A stretch of DNA of 64,000 bases from Hyalangium minutum. GTDB taxonomy: Bacteria; Myxococcota; Myxococcia; Myxococcales; Myxococcaceae. A program made the position numbers and the translations under genes. The notes beneath the pieces were generated by a model. It was not told where the DNA came from. It ran no database searches and saw only the letters and a program-made list of their open reading frames with translations. Below, one piece after another: positions 1-9,774 of this stretch; positions within the stretch are counted from its first letter, which is position 1, and every line of letters begins with the position of its first letter. Where the stretch lies: contig NZ_JMCB01000013.1 in the NCBI RefSeq assembly GCF_000737315.1, forward strand, positions 62,001 through 126,000. Direction: 5' to 3'.

Positions 1-140
1 ACAAGGATCTCTCCTTCGGTGAGCGCAAGATGCTGGATACGGCGCGTTCGCTGCTGATCAAGGAGCTGTCGCTGGCCAAGGACTGCTCCGAGGAAGAGAT
101 CGAGTCGGACCTGAAGAAGATCTTCAACATCACCGCCTAG
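1..140 (+). CDS. cdnL: CarD/CdnL-family RNA polymerase-binding transcription factor, 3' end only (partial)
   Basis: Frame from nt 3 reads KDLSFGERKMLDTARSLLIKELSLAKDCSEEEIESDLKKIFNITA* (TAG 138-140), matching the CarD C-terminal LSxGERKMLxxAxxLLxxE pattern; cysS lies nearby, as is usual for carD loci. Confidence 0.85.
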   Translation, partial: KDLSFGERKMLDTARSLLIKELSLAKDCSEEEIESDLKKIFNITA

Positions 141-203
141 CAGAAGCAGCGCCGCTGGCGCATGCTCGGCCCCGGGCTCCTCAGAGGAACCCGGGGCTTT
201 TTC

Positions 204-887
204 ATGTCCGAAGAGCAGCTCATCCGAGAGGAGCGCGAGCGGCGCATCGCCGAGCTGGAGGCCCGCCAAGCGCGGAGGCCTCGCAGCCCGCTGAGGGTAC
301 CGGTGGCCTTGGTGGGGATCGGCGTGGCCACTGCGCTGCTGGTGATGCAGTGGCGCGAGGTGAGCTATTTCTTCTCGCCGCGCACGCCGCTGTCCCTGGG
401 CGCCGAGGGCGAGTACCGCTATCCAGAGCGGGTCTCCAACCGCTACGCGCAGCTTCACGGTGTGCCCACCACTCAGGGCGCCTATGAGCGGGAGGGGGAC
501 GCGGTGTTCGTCCTGGTGGGGCTCCGGGACTCACCGTTCCTGGTGCGCAGGCCCGCCTTGCCGGGAGAAGAGTGGTCCCAAGGGAGGAAGCCGCCTCAGC
601 CGGATCAGCGGCCCTTCGCGGTGCGAGGACGGCTGCTCGCGGAGGAGGACGCCTCTCGGTACAGCGAGGCATTCAAGCTGATGCGCGAGAAGGGCGAGGT
701 GCAGCCGCTGCAGGGGCGCCTGTGGATCATCATCGAGGGACAGCGGCCCGGAGAGGACTTGGGGCGCTTGGTGGTGACGCTGCTGCTGGTGCTCGTCATC
801 GCCGCGAACGGGCTGTTCCTGGTGCAGAACCTGCGCCGGCCCACGGCCTCGAAGAACGGGGACGAAGGCGGGGCTACTTCCCGTTGA
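204..887 (+). CDS. Hypothetical membrane protein (two predicted TM segments)
   Basis: ORF 162..887, likely start ATG 204 (MSEEQLIRE); hydrophobic stretches VPVALVGIGVATALLVM and LVVTLLLVLVIAANGLFLV flank a soluble domain. Confidence 0.7.
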   Translation: MSEEQLIREERERRIAELEARQARRPRSPLRVPVALVGIGVATALLVMQWREVSYFFSPRTPLSLGAEGEYRYPERVSNRYAQLHGVPTTQGAYEREGDAVFVLVGLRDSPFLVRRPALPGEEWSQGRKPPQPDQRPFAVRGRLLAEEDASRYSEAFKLMREKGEVQPLQGRLWIIIEGQRPGEDLGRLVVTLLLVLVIAANGLFLVQNLRRPTASKNGDEGGATSR

Positions 888-2355
888 GCTGCTGCAGCTC
901 TGTCTTGGCCCACGTGTTCGAGGGATCGTACTTGAGGGCCATCTCGAAGGACTCGCGCGCGGCGGCCTTGTCCTTGGCCTTCAGCTGATCCTGGCCCAGC
1001 TGGGTGTAGAGCTTGCCCACCTGCCTGCGGATCGCTTGCACATGCTTCGCCCAGCCCTGGGACAGCTCTTGATCCACGGCCAGCGCGGTGGCGAGGTTCT
1101 GAATGGCCCGGGCCGAGTCCTTCGCATCCAGGGCCTTCTGGGCGGCGTCACGGGCGTTCTGGAACTCAGAGAGCTTCTTGGTCAGCGGCTCGAGCTGTCC
1201 GCTGCGGGCCAGATTCAGCGCGCCGGCCACATCTCCGGACTCGTACAGCGAGAGGACCGCGTCACGGCTCACAGGAGCCGCAGCAGGGGCGGGGGCCTTC
1301 TCAGCGGCGCTCGAGGGCGCCGAGTCCTCCGAGCGAGCGGTGGCGGCCTTGGTGCTCGCCTTGGTGCCCTTCCGGGACGCCAGGGGCTTCGCGCTCACGG
1401 ACGAGGCTCGGGGTCCCTGGGAAGGCTTGAGGGGCTTGAGCGCTCGAGGAGATTCCTCGGCCACCACCTCCTCCTGGGGCGCAGCGGTCTGCTCCTCCTC
1501 GTTGGCGGAAGGCGGAGGGACGTACTCCGTGGCCTGCGGCGCTGGAGCGGTGGCCTCGGGAGGCGTAGCGCTCTCGGTGGACGGGGCTGGCGCGGGCGAG
1601 GGGCTGCGCTGAGCCGGGCCCGAGAACTTCAGGAATGCGAGAGTGAGCAGCGCCGCCACCCCCGAGCCCACGGCCGCCGCTATGAGCGCGACGCGCGAGA
1701 GGCTCATGCGGCGGCGGGTGTGTGACGCCGGTGCCGTGCGGGTCTCGGTGACCACCGAGGGCGCCGCTTCCTTCTCCGCAGGCGCGCCCGGGCCCCGCAG
1801 CTTCAGCACCGCGTTGCCCAGGGAGATCTCGTCCCCGACGACAATCTCCTGGTCCGCGGAGAGCTTGATGCGGTTGACGAAGGTGCCGTTCTGGCTGCCC
1901 AGGTCTCTCAGCGTGAAGCGCTCGCCCTGGCGCATGAGCTGGGCGTGGCGGCGGCTGATGGACGGATGCTGCAGCCGCAAGTCACACGCGGAGGCCCGGC
2001 CGATGATGAGTGGGCCCTGCTTCACGGGCATCAGCTGCCCGGCGCCCGGGCCCTTCTCCACGTACAGGAACGCCAGCACGTAGCCGGGATCCGAGTACTC
2101 CTGGGTATCGAACCGCGTGGCCAGCTCGCGGTCCTTGGTGCCCTCGCGAACGCCCGTGCGCCGGGCCCCCGTGCGGCGGCTGCCCGCGGGGAACTGAGGC
2201 ACGCGCTGCGGACGCGGATCGTCCTCCTGCAGCGGAGCGACCTCGTCGTCATCGAAGGGCAGCTCCACGTCCTCCTTCTTGGACGCCGCCGCGCCCGGCG
2301 GTCGGGGAGGGCGCGGAGGACGTTTAGGATTGGAGGGAGCCATACCTGTCCCCAT
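874..2355 (-). CDS. FHA domain - TM - Pro/Ala linker - TPR protein
   Basis: FHA motifs IIGRASACDLRL, SISRRHA, DLGSQNGTFVN; TM VALIAAAVGSGVAALLTLAF; C-terminal TPR-like LYTQLGQDQLKAKDKAAARESFEMALKYDPSN. Confidence 0.85.
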   Translation of the reverse strand: MGTGMAPSNPKRPPRPPRPPGAAASKKEDVELPFDDDEVAPLQEDDPRPQRVPQFPAGSRRTGARRTGVREGTKDRELATRFDTQEYSDPGYVLAFLYVEKGPGAGQLMPVKQGPLIIGRASACDLRLQHPSISRRHAQLMRQGERFTLRDLGSQNGTFVNRIKLSADQEIVVGDEISLGNAVLKLRGPGAPAEKEAAPSVVTETRTAPASHTRRRMSLSRVALIAAAVGSGVAALLTLAFLKFSGPAQRSPSPAPAPSTESATPPEATAPAPQATEYVPPPSANEEEQTAAPQEEVVAEESPRALKPLKPSQGPRASSVSAKPLASRKGTKASTKAATARSEDSAPSSAAEKAPAPAAAPVSRDAVLSLYESGDVAGALNLARSGQLEPLTKKLSEFQNARDAAQKALDAKDSARAIQNLATALAVDQELSQGWAKHVQAIRRQVGKLYTQLGQDQLKAKDKAAARESFEMALKYDPSNTWAKTELQQLNGK

Positions 2356-2441
2356 TCTCCCAGAAAGGTGGCTGACTGTGCCACATTCAGGAGCCTAGAG
2401 TGCGGCCGTCCGTTCACTGTTCGCCTGGAGGAACCCAGCCC

Positions 2442-3926
2442 GTGGCCCAGCCGTCGATCACGCTCTTCAACACGCTGACGATGCAGAAGGAACCCCTCGT
2501 TCCGCTCGAGCCGGGCGCTGTCCGGGTGTACGTGTGCGGTCCCACTGTATATAGCTACATTCATGTGGGGAACGCGCGTACCTTTACCTCCTTTGACGTG
2601 ATCGTCCGCTACCTGAGGTACCGGGGGTACCGGGTGACGTACGTGCGCAACTACACGGACGTGGACGACAAGATCATCAAGGCAGCGAAGGAGACGGGCG
2701 AGGAGCCGGTGGCCCTGGCGGCGCGCTTCGTGGAGATCTTCCGAGAGGACGCGAAGGCGCTGCACATGAAGGAGCCGGACGTCTCGCCGAAGGTGAGCGA
2801 GCACTTGCCGGAGATCCTCCGCATCATCCAGACGCTGGTGGACAAGGGCGTGGCGTACGAGTCCCAGGGGGACGTCTACTTCGCGGTGAGCCGCTACCCA
2901 GAGTACGCGAAGCTGTCCAAGCGCAACCTGGACGATCTTCGCGCGGGCGAGCGCGTGCAGCCGGGCGAGCAGAAGCGCGAGCCCTTGGACTTCGCGCTGT
3001 GGAAGGCGGCCAAGCCGGGCGAGCCGGCGTGGGACAGCCCATGGGGCAAGGGGCGGCCGGGCTGGCACATCGAGTGCTCGGCGATGAGCGCGCGCTACCT
3101 GGGCGAGTCGTTCGACATCCACGGCGGCGCGCTGGATCTGATCTTCCCGCACCACGAGAACGAGCTCGCCCAGAGCGAGGCGGCCAACAGCAAGCCATTC
3201 GCGAAGTACTGGATGCACTGCGGCTTCCTGGACATGGAAGGCGCGAAGATGTCCAAGTCGCTGGGCAACGTGGTGCGGCTGCGCGACGCGCTGGTGAAGG
3301 TGGACGCGGAGGCGCTGCGGTTCTTCTTCCTGTCCACGCACTACCGGCACCCGCTGAACTTCGCGGAGAAGGCGATCGCCGACGCCGAGCAGCGCATGGA
3401 GTACTTCTACGAGACGCTGCGCAAGGTGGACGAGCGCGTCGCGGGCAAGGACTTCGGGAAGGGCCCGCTGCACGGCGAGCCGGAGAAGTTCCTGCGCGAC
3501 TTCGAGACGGTGATGGATGACGACTTCAACTTCGCCGGAGCGCTGGGAGGGCTGTCGGGCCTCTTCACGCTGATGAACGAACTGGTGGATAAGCCGCCGG
3601 TGAAGGACAAGGCGCTGGTGGGGCGGACGCTCCAGGCGCTGCGGGAGATCGTCGGCAAGGTGTCGGGCGTGCTCGGGCTGTTCGAGGACGATCCGGCCCA
3701 GTGGCTGCTGCGCCACCGGGATCGGGCCGTGAAGGAGCGCGGCATCGACGTGGCCGAGGTGGAGCGGCTGATCGCGCAGCGCAACGATGCGCGCAAGGCG
3801 AAGAACTTCGCCGAGGCGGATCGGGTGCGCACCGAGCTGAAGTCGAAGGGCGTGGAGATCATGGACACGCCCACGGGCACCACGTGGAAGGTGGCGCCCC
3901 CAGCCACCGAGGCTGCCCCCGTCTGA
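2442..3926 (+). CDS. cysS: Cysteine--tRNA ligase
   Basis: YVCGPTVY, HVGNAR (HIGH-like), GRPGWHIECSAM, DIHGGALDLIFPHHENE, KMSKS; GTG 2442 preceded by GGAGG. Confidence 0.98.
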   Translation: MAQPSITLFNTLTMQKEPLVPLEPGAVRVYVCGPTVYSYIHVGNARTFTSFDVIVRYLRYRGYRVTYVRNYTDVDDKIIKAAKETGEEPVALAARFVEIFREDAKALHMKEPDVSPKVSEHLPEILRIIQTLVDKGVAYESQGDVYFAVSRYPEYAKLSKRNLDDLRAGERVQPGEQKREPLDFALWKAAKPGEPAWDSPWGKGRPGWHIECSAMSARYLGESFDIHGGALDLIFPHHENELAQSEAANSKPFAKYWMHCGFLDMEGAKMSKSLGNVVRLRDALVKVDAEALRFFFLSTHYRHPLNFAEKAIADAEQRMEYFYETLRKVDERVAGKDFGKGPLHGEPEKFLRDFETVMDDDFNFAGALGGLSGLFTLMNELVDKPPVKDKALVGRTLQALREIVGKVSGVLGLFEDDPAQWLLRHRDRAVKERGIDVAEVERLIAQRNDARKAKNFAEADRVRTELKSKGVEIMDTPTGTTWKVAPPATEAAPV

Positions 3927-3930
3927 TCTC

Positions 3931-6900
3931 TCAGGCGGCGGTAGCCTCGCCGAAGCGCTCGCGCGCCAGCTCGAGCGTCCGGGCGTTGTCGGGCACCTTG
4001 CGCAGGAATCGCTCTCGCGCGGCGGCGTCCGGGAAGCCCTCGGCGCAAGCACGGAGGTGCTCCAGGGCCTTGCGCAGGGCTGCGTCTCCGGCCGTGCTGT
4101 CTCCCTGCGCGAAGCAGGCCTCGGCCAGCGCCAGGTGCACGCCGATGAAGTCCACGCCCCGGGCTCCAGCGCGCTCCAGGTGCCGCACGGCGCGCTCGGC
4201 CTCCTGGCGGGCCTCGGCTGCGCGTCCCTGGAGCCGCAGGGCCTCGCTCAACACCGGCCGTACAAGGCTGGGCAGGGGCGGCAGCAGCTCACATGCCTGG
4301 CGCGCATGCTGCTCGGCCTCGGCGGGCTTGCCCTCGGCCAGGGCGATCCTCGCCAGGGCGACGTGCGCCATGCCGGGGTAGAGCGGGCTGTAGCTGGTGA
4401 CGGTGAGCGCGGCCTCGGCCATGGTCCGGGCCTGGGCACGGGCCTCCGGCTCGGGGAGCGCGGACATGACCACGGAGAAGTAGCCCTGGCTGTAGAGCAA
4501 CGTGAGGGGCTGCTCGAAGCGCTGCAAGCGGGCCACGGACTCCTGCACGCGGGTCCTTGCGCTGGCCGAGTCCCCCATCATGGCCGCGACGAGCCCGCTC
4601 ACGGTCTTCACCTTGGCGAGGCTGTGGACCCGGCCTTCCTGCTGCAGCGTCTTCTCCGCGCGCAGGAGCCCCTCCCAGGCCTGCCACGGCTTGGGCTCCA
4701 GGTGGAACGAGAAGAAGGCCTGGGTGTAGTCGCGGTAGGACTCCAGCAGCGCGTCGGAGCCCTCCAGGCCGAGGATGCGCTGGAGGTGGACCTCCGCCTC
4801 CTGGCGCATGCCGAGCCGGACGAAGGCCGTGGAGATGAAGCAGAGCGCCTGGGCATAGGCGTACACACCATCGGCCTCGGGTGAGGTGCGCAGCAGCAGC
4901 TCCACGAGCGGCATCACCTCGGCCGGCTGGCCCCGGTTGACGCTGTTGAGGATGAGGCTGCTGATCAGATCGCACCAGGGCCGGCTGCCCGCCTTCAGCT
5001 CGGGGAGGATCTCCCGGCCCGTTCCCGTCAGCAGCGAGGGATCGTTCAGCCAGAAGGTCGCGGTGGCCTGCAGGGCGCGCAGGCGCGAGCGCGTCTCGCT
5101 CGGCATCTCCAGCTTCAGCGCAGCCTCCACGCACTGCAGCGCGCTCCGGGCGTCTCCGCGCTCCAGGCGCTGATCGGCGGCCTGGATGTAGAAGCGGACG
5201 GCCCGCTCGGGCTGCTGGCCGAGGTAGGCGTGATCCGCGAGCACGCGCGGATCCGTCTCTCCGCCTTGCTCCAGCCACTCGCCCGCGAGCCGGTGGCCGG
5301 TGGCCTTGTGGGCCTCGGGGACCAGGGCATAGGCGGCGTCCCGCATCAGCGCGTGCCGGAAGCGGTAGGCCTTCTCTCCCGCGAACGTCCGATCCGGCTG
5401 GGACTCGATGATCTCCATCGCCACGAGGCGCTCCAGCCAGTGCTCCAGCGTGCCCGGTGTCTCCTGGGCGTTGCGGAGTGCCCGGACGGCCCCGGTCCAG
5501 AAGGTGCGGCCCAGGAAGCTGGCGGCCAGGAGCGCCTGCCGGGCCTCGGGCTCCAGCCGCAGGATGCGCGACTGGAGCATGGCCAGCACTGTGCCGGGAG
5601 GCGTGTCTCCGCGGCCCTCGGCGACCATGCGGATGAGCTCCTCCAGGAACAAGGCGTTGCCCGCCGACTGCTCCAGGAGCCGGTCCACCACGGCCTCCTC
5701 CACGCCGGACCCGAGCACGTCGCGGATCAACTGAGCGCCGGCCTTGCGGCTCAGGCTCCGCAGGGCGACCTCCTGCAGGCGCTGCGACCAGAGGCCGGGG
5801 AACAGCTCCTTGATCTCGGGACGGGCCAGCGCCAGCACCAGGAGGGGGCAGTCGGCCAGCTCGCGAAGCAACCGATCCACCCACTGCACGGTCAGGGCGT
5901 CACCCCAGTGCAGATCCTCGAGCACGAGGAGCACGGGGGAATGCTGACTCTCCGCGCGCAGCCAGGTGATGATCGCCCCGCCCACTGCGGCGTTCATCTG
6001 GGCCGGATCGCGGCGGAGTTCCCTCAGCTGCGAATAGGTCTCCTCCGGGAAGGGCGCGCTGCAGATCTCTCCCAGCAGGGCCGCCACTTCGGGCACCTCG
6101 CGCTCGGGCAGGTACTTCGCCACGCGCTCACGCAGCTTCTGGCGGCGGGTCTCGGCGGGCTCGCCCGGCTCCATGCCGCACAGCTGCTGCAGCAACTGCC
6201 CCACCATGCACATGCAGCCGCTGACGTTCATCGGATCGCCGCGGCCTTGGAGCAGCAGCACCGGCTGCTCGCGCCGGGAGACGCGGCGGAGGAACTCGTG
6301 GCGCAGCCGGGACTTGCCCGTGCCGGGAGGCGCCACCACCAGCAGGGCCTGCGCCGTGGAGTCCTCGATGCAGGTGGAGAGGGCCAGCTCCAGCAGGGCG
6401 AGCTCCTGCTCGCGGCCCACACACGGGGTGGGTTTGCCGAGCAGCGGGCGGGAGGCGTCCGCCGTCAGATGCTCGCTTTGCAGCAGGAAGGTGTCCGTGG
6501 AGGCCCGCTCCAACTGGAAGCCCGGGCCCAGAAGCCCGGCTGTTACCTCGTCCAGCACCACATGGGGCGACGCGGTGGGGTGACCGAACCGGTGCAGAAG
6601 CTGCCCCGCGCGGTCCATGGCCTCGCCCACGGGGAGGTGGGCACTGATGACACCCCGCCCCGTAACGAGCACGGCCGTCACCTCGGGCCAGCGCTCCTTG
6701 AGGGAGAGGGCGCACCGGGCGGCCAGCGAGGCCTGATCCGTCGCGCCGTGACGGCCTGCCAGCAGCGTCAGCACCAGAGAGCCATCCGCCATCAGCTCCA
6801 CCTGAGCCCGGTGCGGCGTGAGCACGGCACGCAGCGAGTCCCGCAGCGAGCGCCGCTGGACCATCGCCTCCGGCCCTGGCTCCGCCACCACTGGAGGAGC

Positions 6901-7878
6901 CGCCAGCAGGATGCTCACGAGCTGTTGCTCCGCCGCCATGGGGCTGTCGACGCGCGCCACCTGCGTGGGCGCCACCCCCTCCAGCTCCGGGAGCTCGTCC
7001 ACGGTCGGCAGGAGTGGCATCAGGGAGGGGGCGTCCGGGATCCGTTGGTGCGGGTCCTTGGCCAGCATGCGGTCCACCAGCGTCTGGAAGACCTCGGGCA
7101 GCTCGGTGCGCACCGAGCGCAGGGGCGTCGGCGGGGTGAAGAGGATCTTCGCCAGCACGGCGGCGAAGTGAGGCGCGGAGAAGGGAGGCTGGCCGGTGAG
7201 GCACTCGTACAGCACACACCCCAGCGAGAAGATGTCCGCGCTCGGAGTGGTCTCTCCTTGTCCCGAGGCCTGCTCGGGCGCCATGTACCCCGGAGTTCCG
7301 AGCACCACGTGGCTGCCCGTGAGGGCCTGGGACGGCACGGTGCGGCGTGCCAGCCCGAAGTCCAGCAGCACCACCTCCTCGGGCCGGCCATGCCGCAGGA
7401 AGAGGTTGGAGGGCTTCAGGTCTCGGTGGACGATGCCGTGCCGGTGCGCGGTAGCCAGCGCGTCGGCGGCGTGGCGCATCAGGGTCAGCGTCTCGGACAG
7501 GCTCAAGGGCTGGCGCCCGAGCCGGTTGGCCAGGTCCTCTCCCTCCAGCCACTCCATGGCGAGGAAGGGGTGTCCCTGCTCCAGGAAGCCATGGGCCACA
7601 TGGGAGACGATGGACGGGTGACGCAGCTCGGCAAGAAGCTCGGCCTCGCGGCTGAAGCGCTGAAGCCCATCGGCGCTCTGCATGGGATGCAGGAGCTTGA
7701 GGGCGACGGTCTGCCCGGTCTGCGTGTCCTTGGCGCGGTACACCGAGCCCATGCCCCCGCGGCCCGCCAGGGACTCGAGAAGGAACCGCCCGGCGAGGAG
7801 CCGGCCGGGAGCGAGCGTGTCCGCTCCAAGCCTTGGAGGGGAGGGGGAGGTAGGAGCTTGAATGAGATCGATGTTCAT
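3931..7878 (-). CDS. Ser/Thr protein kinase fused to AAA/STAND-type ATPase and TPR-like repeats
   Basis: GRGGMGSVY, VALK, HRDLKPSN, DFGLA, GTPGYMAPE; Walker A APPGTGKS, Walker B LLVLED; helical repeat C-terminus; probable start MNIDLIQ at 7878. Confidence 0.9.
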   Translation of the reverse strand: MNIDLIQAPTSPSPPRLGADTLAPGRLLAGRFLLESLAGRGGMGSVYRAKDTQTGQTVALKLLHPMQSADGLQRFSREAELLAELRHPSIVSHVAHGFLEQGHPFLAMEWLEGEDLANRLGRQPLSLSETLTLMRHAADALATAHRHGIVHRDLKPSNLFLRHGRPEEVVLLDFGLARRTVPSQALTGSHVVLGTPGYMAPEQASGQGETTPSADIFSLGCVLYECLTGQPPFSAPHFAAVLAKILFTPPTPLRSVRTELPEVFQTLVDRMLAKDPHQRIPDAPSLMPLLPTVDELPELEGVAPTQVARVDSPMAAEQQLVSILLAAPPVVAEPGPEAMVQRRSLRDSLRAVLTPHRAQVELMADGSLVLTLLAGRHGATDQASLAARCALSLKERWPEVTAVLVTGRGVISAHLPVGEAMDRAGQLLHRFGHPTASPHVVLDEVTAGLLGPGFQLERASTDTFLLQSEHLTADASRPLLGKPTPCVGREQELALLELALSTCIEDSTAQALLVVAPPGTGKSRLRHEFLRRVSRREQPVLLLQGRGDPMNVSGCMCMVGQLLQQLCGMEPGEPAETRRQKLRERVAKYLPEREVPEVAALLGEICSAPFPEETYSQLRELRRDPAQMNAAVGGAIITWLRAESQHSPVLLVLEDLHWGDALTVQWVDRLLRELADCPLLVLALARPEIKELFPGLWSQRLQEVALRSLSRKAGAQLIRDVLGSGVEEAVVDRLLEQSAGNALFLEELIRMVAEGRGDTPPGTVLAMLQSRILRLEPEARQALLAASFLGRTFWTGAVRALRNAQETPGTLEHWLERLVAMEIIESQPDRTFAGEKAYRFRHALMRDAAYALVPEAHKATGHRLAGEWLEQGGETDPRVLADHAYLGQQPERAVRFYIQAADQRLERGDARSALQCVEAALKLEMPSETRSRLRALQATATFWLNDPSLLTGTGREILPELKAGSRPWCDLISSLILNSVNRGQPAEVMPLVELLLRTSPEADGVYAYAQALCFISTAFVRLGMRQEAEVHLQRILGLEGSDALLESYRDYTQAFFSFHLEPKPWQAWEGLLRAEKTLQQEGRVHSLAKVKTVSGLVAAMMGDSASARTRVQESVARLQRFEQPLTLLYSQGYFSVVMSALPEPEARAQARTMAEAALTVTSYSPLYPGMAHVALARIALAEGKPAEAEQHARQACELLPPLPSLVRPVLSEALRLQGRAAEARQEAERAVRHLERAGARGVDFIGVHLALAEACFAQGDSTAGDAALRKALEHLRACAEGFPDAAARERFLRKVPDNARTLELARERFGEATAA

Positions 7879-8011
7879 GGGGCTCTTCGGGGTTCCCAGT
7901 ATAATCCGCTCGTTCGGTGCCCGCCCGGGCATGGGGCCAGGCGGGCCCCCGGTGCTTCGAGGGGTGTTTGTGCCTGCCCGGGCCTGAGTCTTCGTGCTAG
8001 GGCTTCGCCCC

Positions 8012-9697
8012 ATGAAGCGCCTGCTCGCACTGCTCTTCCTCCTGCCTGCGCTGCCCGTCCTGGCGCAGGGCGTGCCGCTCTCCACGCCTGCGGAGAAGGT
8101 GGTGGCGCAGACCATCGATGCGAACCCGCTGCGTGCCCATGTGCGCTTCCTCGCGCATGATCTCCTGGAGGGGCGCGGCCCGGGCACCCGGGGAGATGCG
8201 CTGGCCCAGGCCTACATCGCCTCCCAGTTCGAGCTGCTGGGCCTGAAGCCCGTGGGTGGGGGAGACGGCTACCTCCAGCCCTTCGAGCTCGTGGGCCTCT
8301 CTGGCCACCCGGACACGCTGAGCTTCGCGGCCGCGTCCGGGCGCACGGACCTGAAGTTCCACGAGGAGTTCATCGCCGTCTCTGGCGTGCAGGAGCCGGA
8401 GGCCCGGCTGGAGGGCTCCGAGCTGATCTTCGTGGGCTTCGGCATCGTCGCTCCCGAGTATGGTTGGGACGACTTCAAGGGGATGGACCTCCGGGGCAAG
8501 ACGCTGCTGATCCTCAACAGCGATCCGGCGGAGGACCCGGCGCTCTTCGCGGGCCGGACGCGGCTCTGGTACGGGCGCTGGGATTACAAGTACGAGCAGG
8601 CCGCCAAGGTGGGAGCGGCGGGCGCCATCATCCTCCACACCACGCCGAGCGCCGGCTACCCGTGGCAGGTGGTGCAGACCTCGTGGACGGGCGAGCAGTT
8701 CGAGCTGCCCGCCACCCAGGGCCCGCGCCTGCAGGTGAAGGCGTGGACGACCGAGGAGGCCACGCGGCGCATCGTCCGGATGGCGGGGAGGGACCTGGAC
8801 GCGCTGGTCGCCTCGGCGCAGAAGCGCGACTTCCAGCCCGTGCCGCTCGGGGTGAAGGTCTCCACCCAGTTCGCCAATCAGGTGAGGCGCCGGCCCACGG
8901 CGAACGTGCTGGGCCTGCTGCCCGGCAGCGACCCGAAGCTCTCGGGCGAGGTGGTGCTCTACACCGCGCACCACGATCATCTCGGCACCAAGGAGGGTGC
9001 GCGCCCGGGCGAGGACGCCATCTACAACGGCGCGGTGGACAACGCGGCGGGGGTGGCGGCCCTGCTCACAGTGGCGAGGACCTACCGCGCGCTGCCCACG
9101 CCTCCGAGGCGCTCCATCCTCTTCGCCGCCGTGGCGGGAGAAGAGCAGGGGCTGCTGGGCTCGCAGCACCTCGCTACGCACCTGCCGGTGCCCTCGGGCC
9201 GCATCGCCGCCAACATCAACATCGATGGCGCGAACATCCTCGGGCGCACGCGGGATGTGGCGATCATCGGTCTGGGCAAGTCGAACCTCGATGGCATCAT
9301 CACGGGCCTGGCAAATGCGCAGGGCCGCACGGTGAAGGCGGACCAGCTGTCGGATCGGGGCTTCTTCTACCGCTCGGACCAGTTCGCCTTCGCGAAGCTG
9401 GGCATCCCGGCCGCGTACTTCAGCAGCGGCATGGACTTCATCGGCAGGCCCGAGGGCTGGGGCAAGCAGCAGCGAGAGCTGTGGGAGGCGCGGCACTACC
9501 ACCAGCCCTCCGATGAGCTGCGTCCGGAGTGGGACCTGAGCGGGGCCGTGGAGGACGTGCGCCTCTACTTCCTGCTGGGCGCCCATGTGGCGCGGGCGCC
9601 CGAGATGCCCCGCTGGAACAAGGGGGACGAGTTCGAGGCCCCTCGGCTGGAGTCCCTGAAGGCGGTGGGAGCCCCGGAAGCAAAGGGAGCGAAGTAG
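8012..9697 (+). CDS. Secreted M28-family metallopeptidase with PA domain
   Basis: Signal peptide [18 protein letters not shown]; [41 protein letters not shown] motifs. Confidence 0.92.
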   Translation: MKRLLALLFLLPALPVLAQGVPLSTPAEKVVAQTIDANPLRAHVRFLAHDLLEGRGPGTRGDALAQAYIASQFELLGLKPVGGGDGYLQPFELVGLSGHPDTLSFAAASGRTDLKFHEEFIAVSGVQEPEARLEGSELIFVGFGIVAPEYGWDDFKGMDLRGKTLLILNSDPAEDPALFAGRTRLWYGRWDYKYEQAAKVGAAGAIILHTTPSAGYPWQVVQTSWTGEQFELPATQGPRLQVKAWTTEEATRRIVRMAGRDLDALVASAQKRDFQPVPLGVKVSTQFANQVRRRPTANVLGLLPGSDPKLSGEVVLYTAHHDHLGTKEGARPGEDAIYNGAVDNAAGVAALLTVARTYRALPTPPRRSILFAAVAGEEQGLLGSQHLATHLPVPSGRIAANINIDGANILGRTRDVAIIGLGKSNLDGIITGLANAQGRTVKADQLSDRGFFYRSDQFAFAKLGIPAAYFSSGMDFIGRPEGWGKQQRELWEARHYHQPSDELRPEWDLSGAVEDVRLYFLLGAHVARAPEMPRWNKGDEFEAPRLESLKAVGAPEAKGAK

Positions 9698-9774
9698 CCC
9701 GCGTTCGTCCACTGCCCTGCAGCCATGCAGGAAGTGCCAGCCTGCCTTGTCGCTGGATGTTAAATGACGGGGCT

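Noticed and set aside
7895-7910. Perfect TATAAT upstream of the M28 peptidase
   Set aside because: No properly spaced -35 element; a single hexamer is too weak to call a promoter.
9698-9774. Search for a LexA/SOS box upstream of uvrB
   Set aside because: No convincing match to the myxobacterial LexA motif (..GTTCAG core) by eye.
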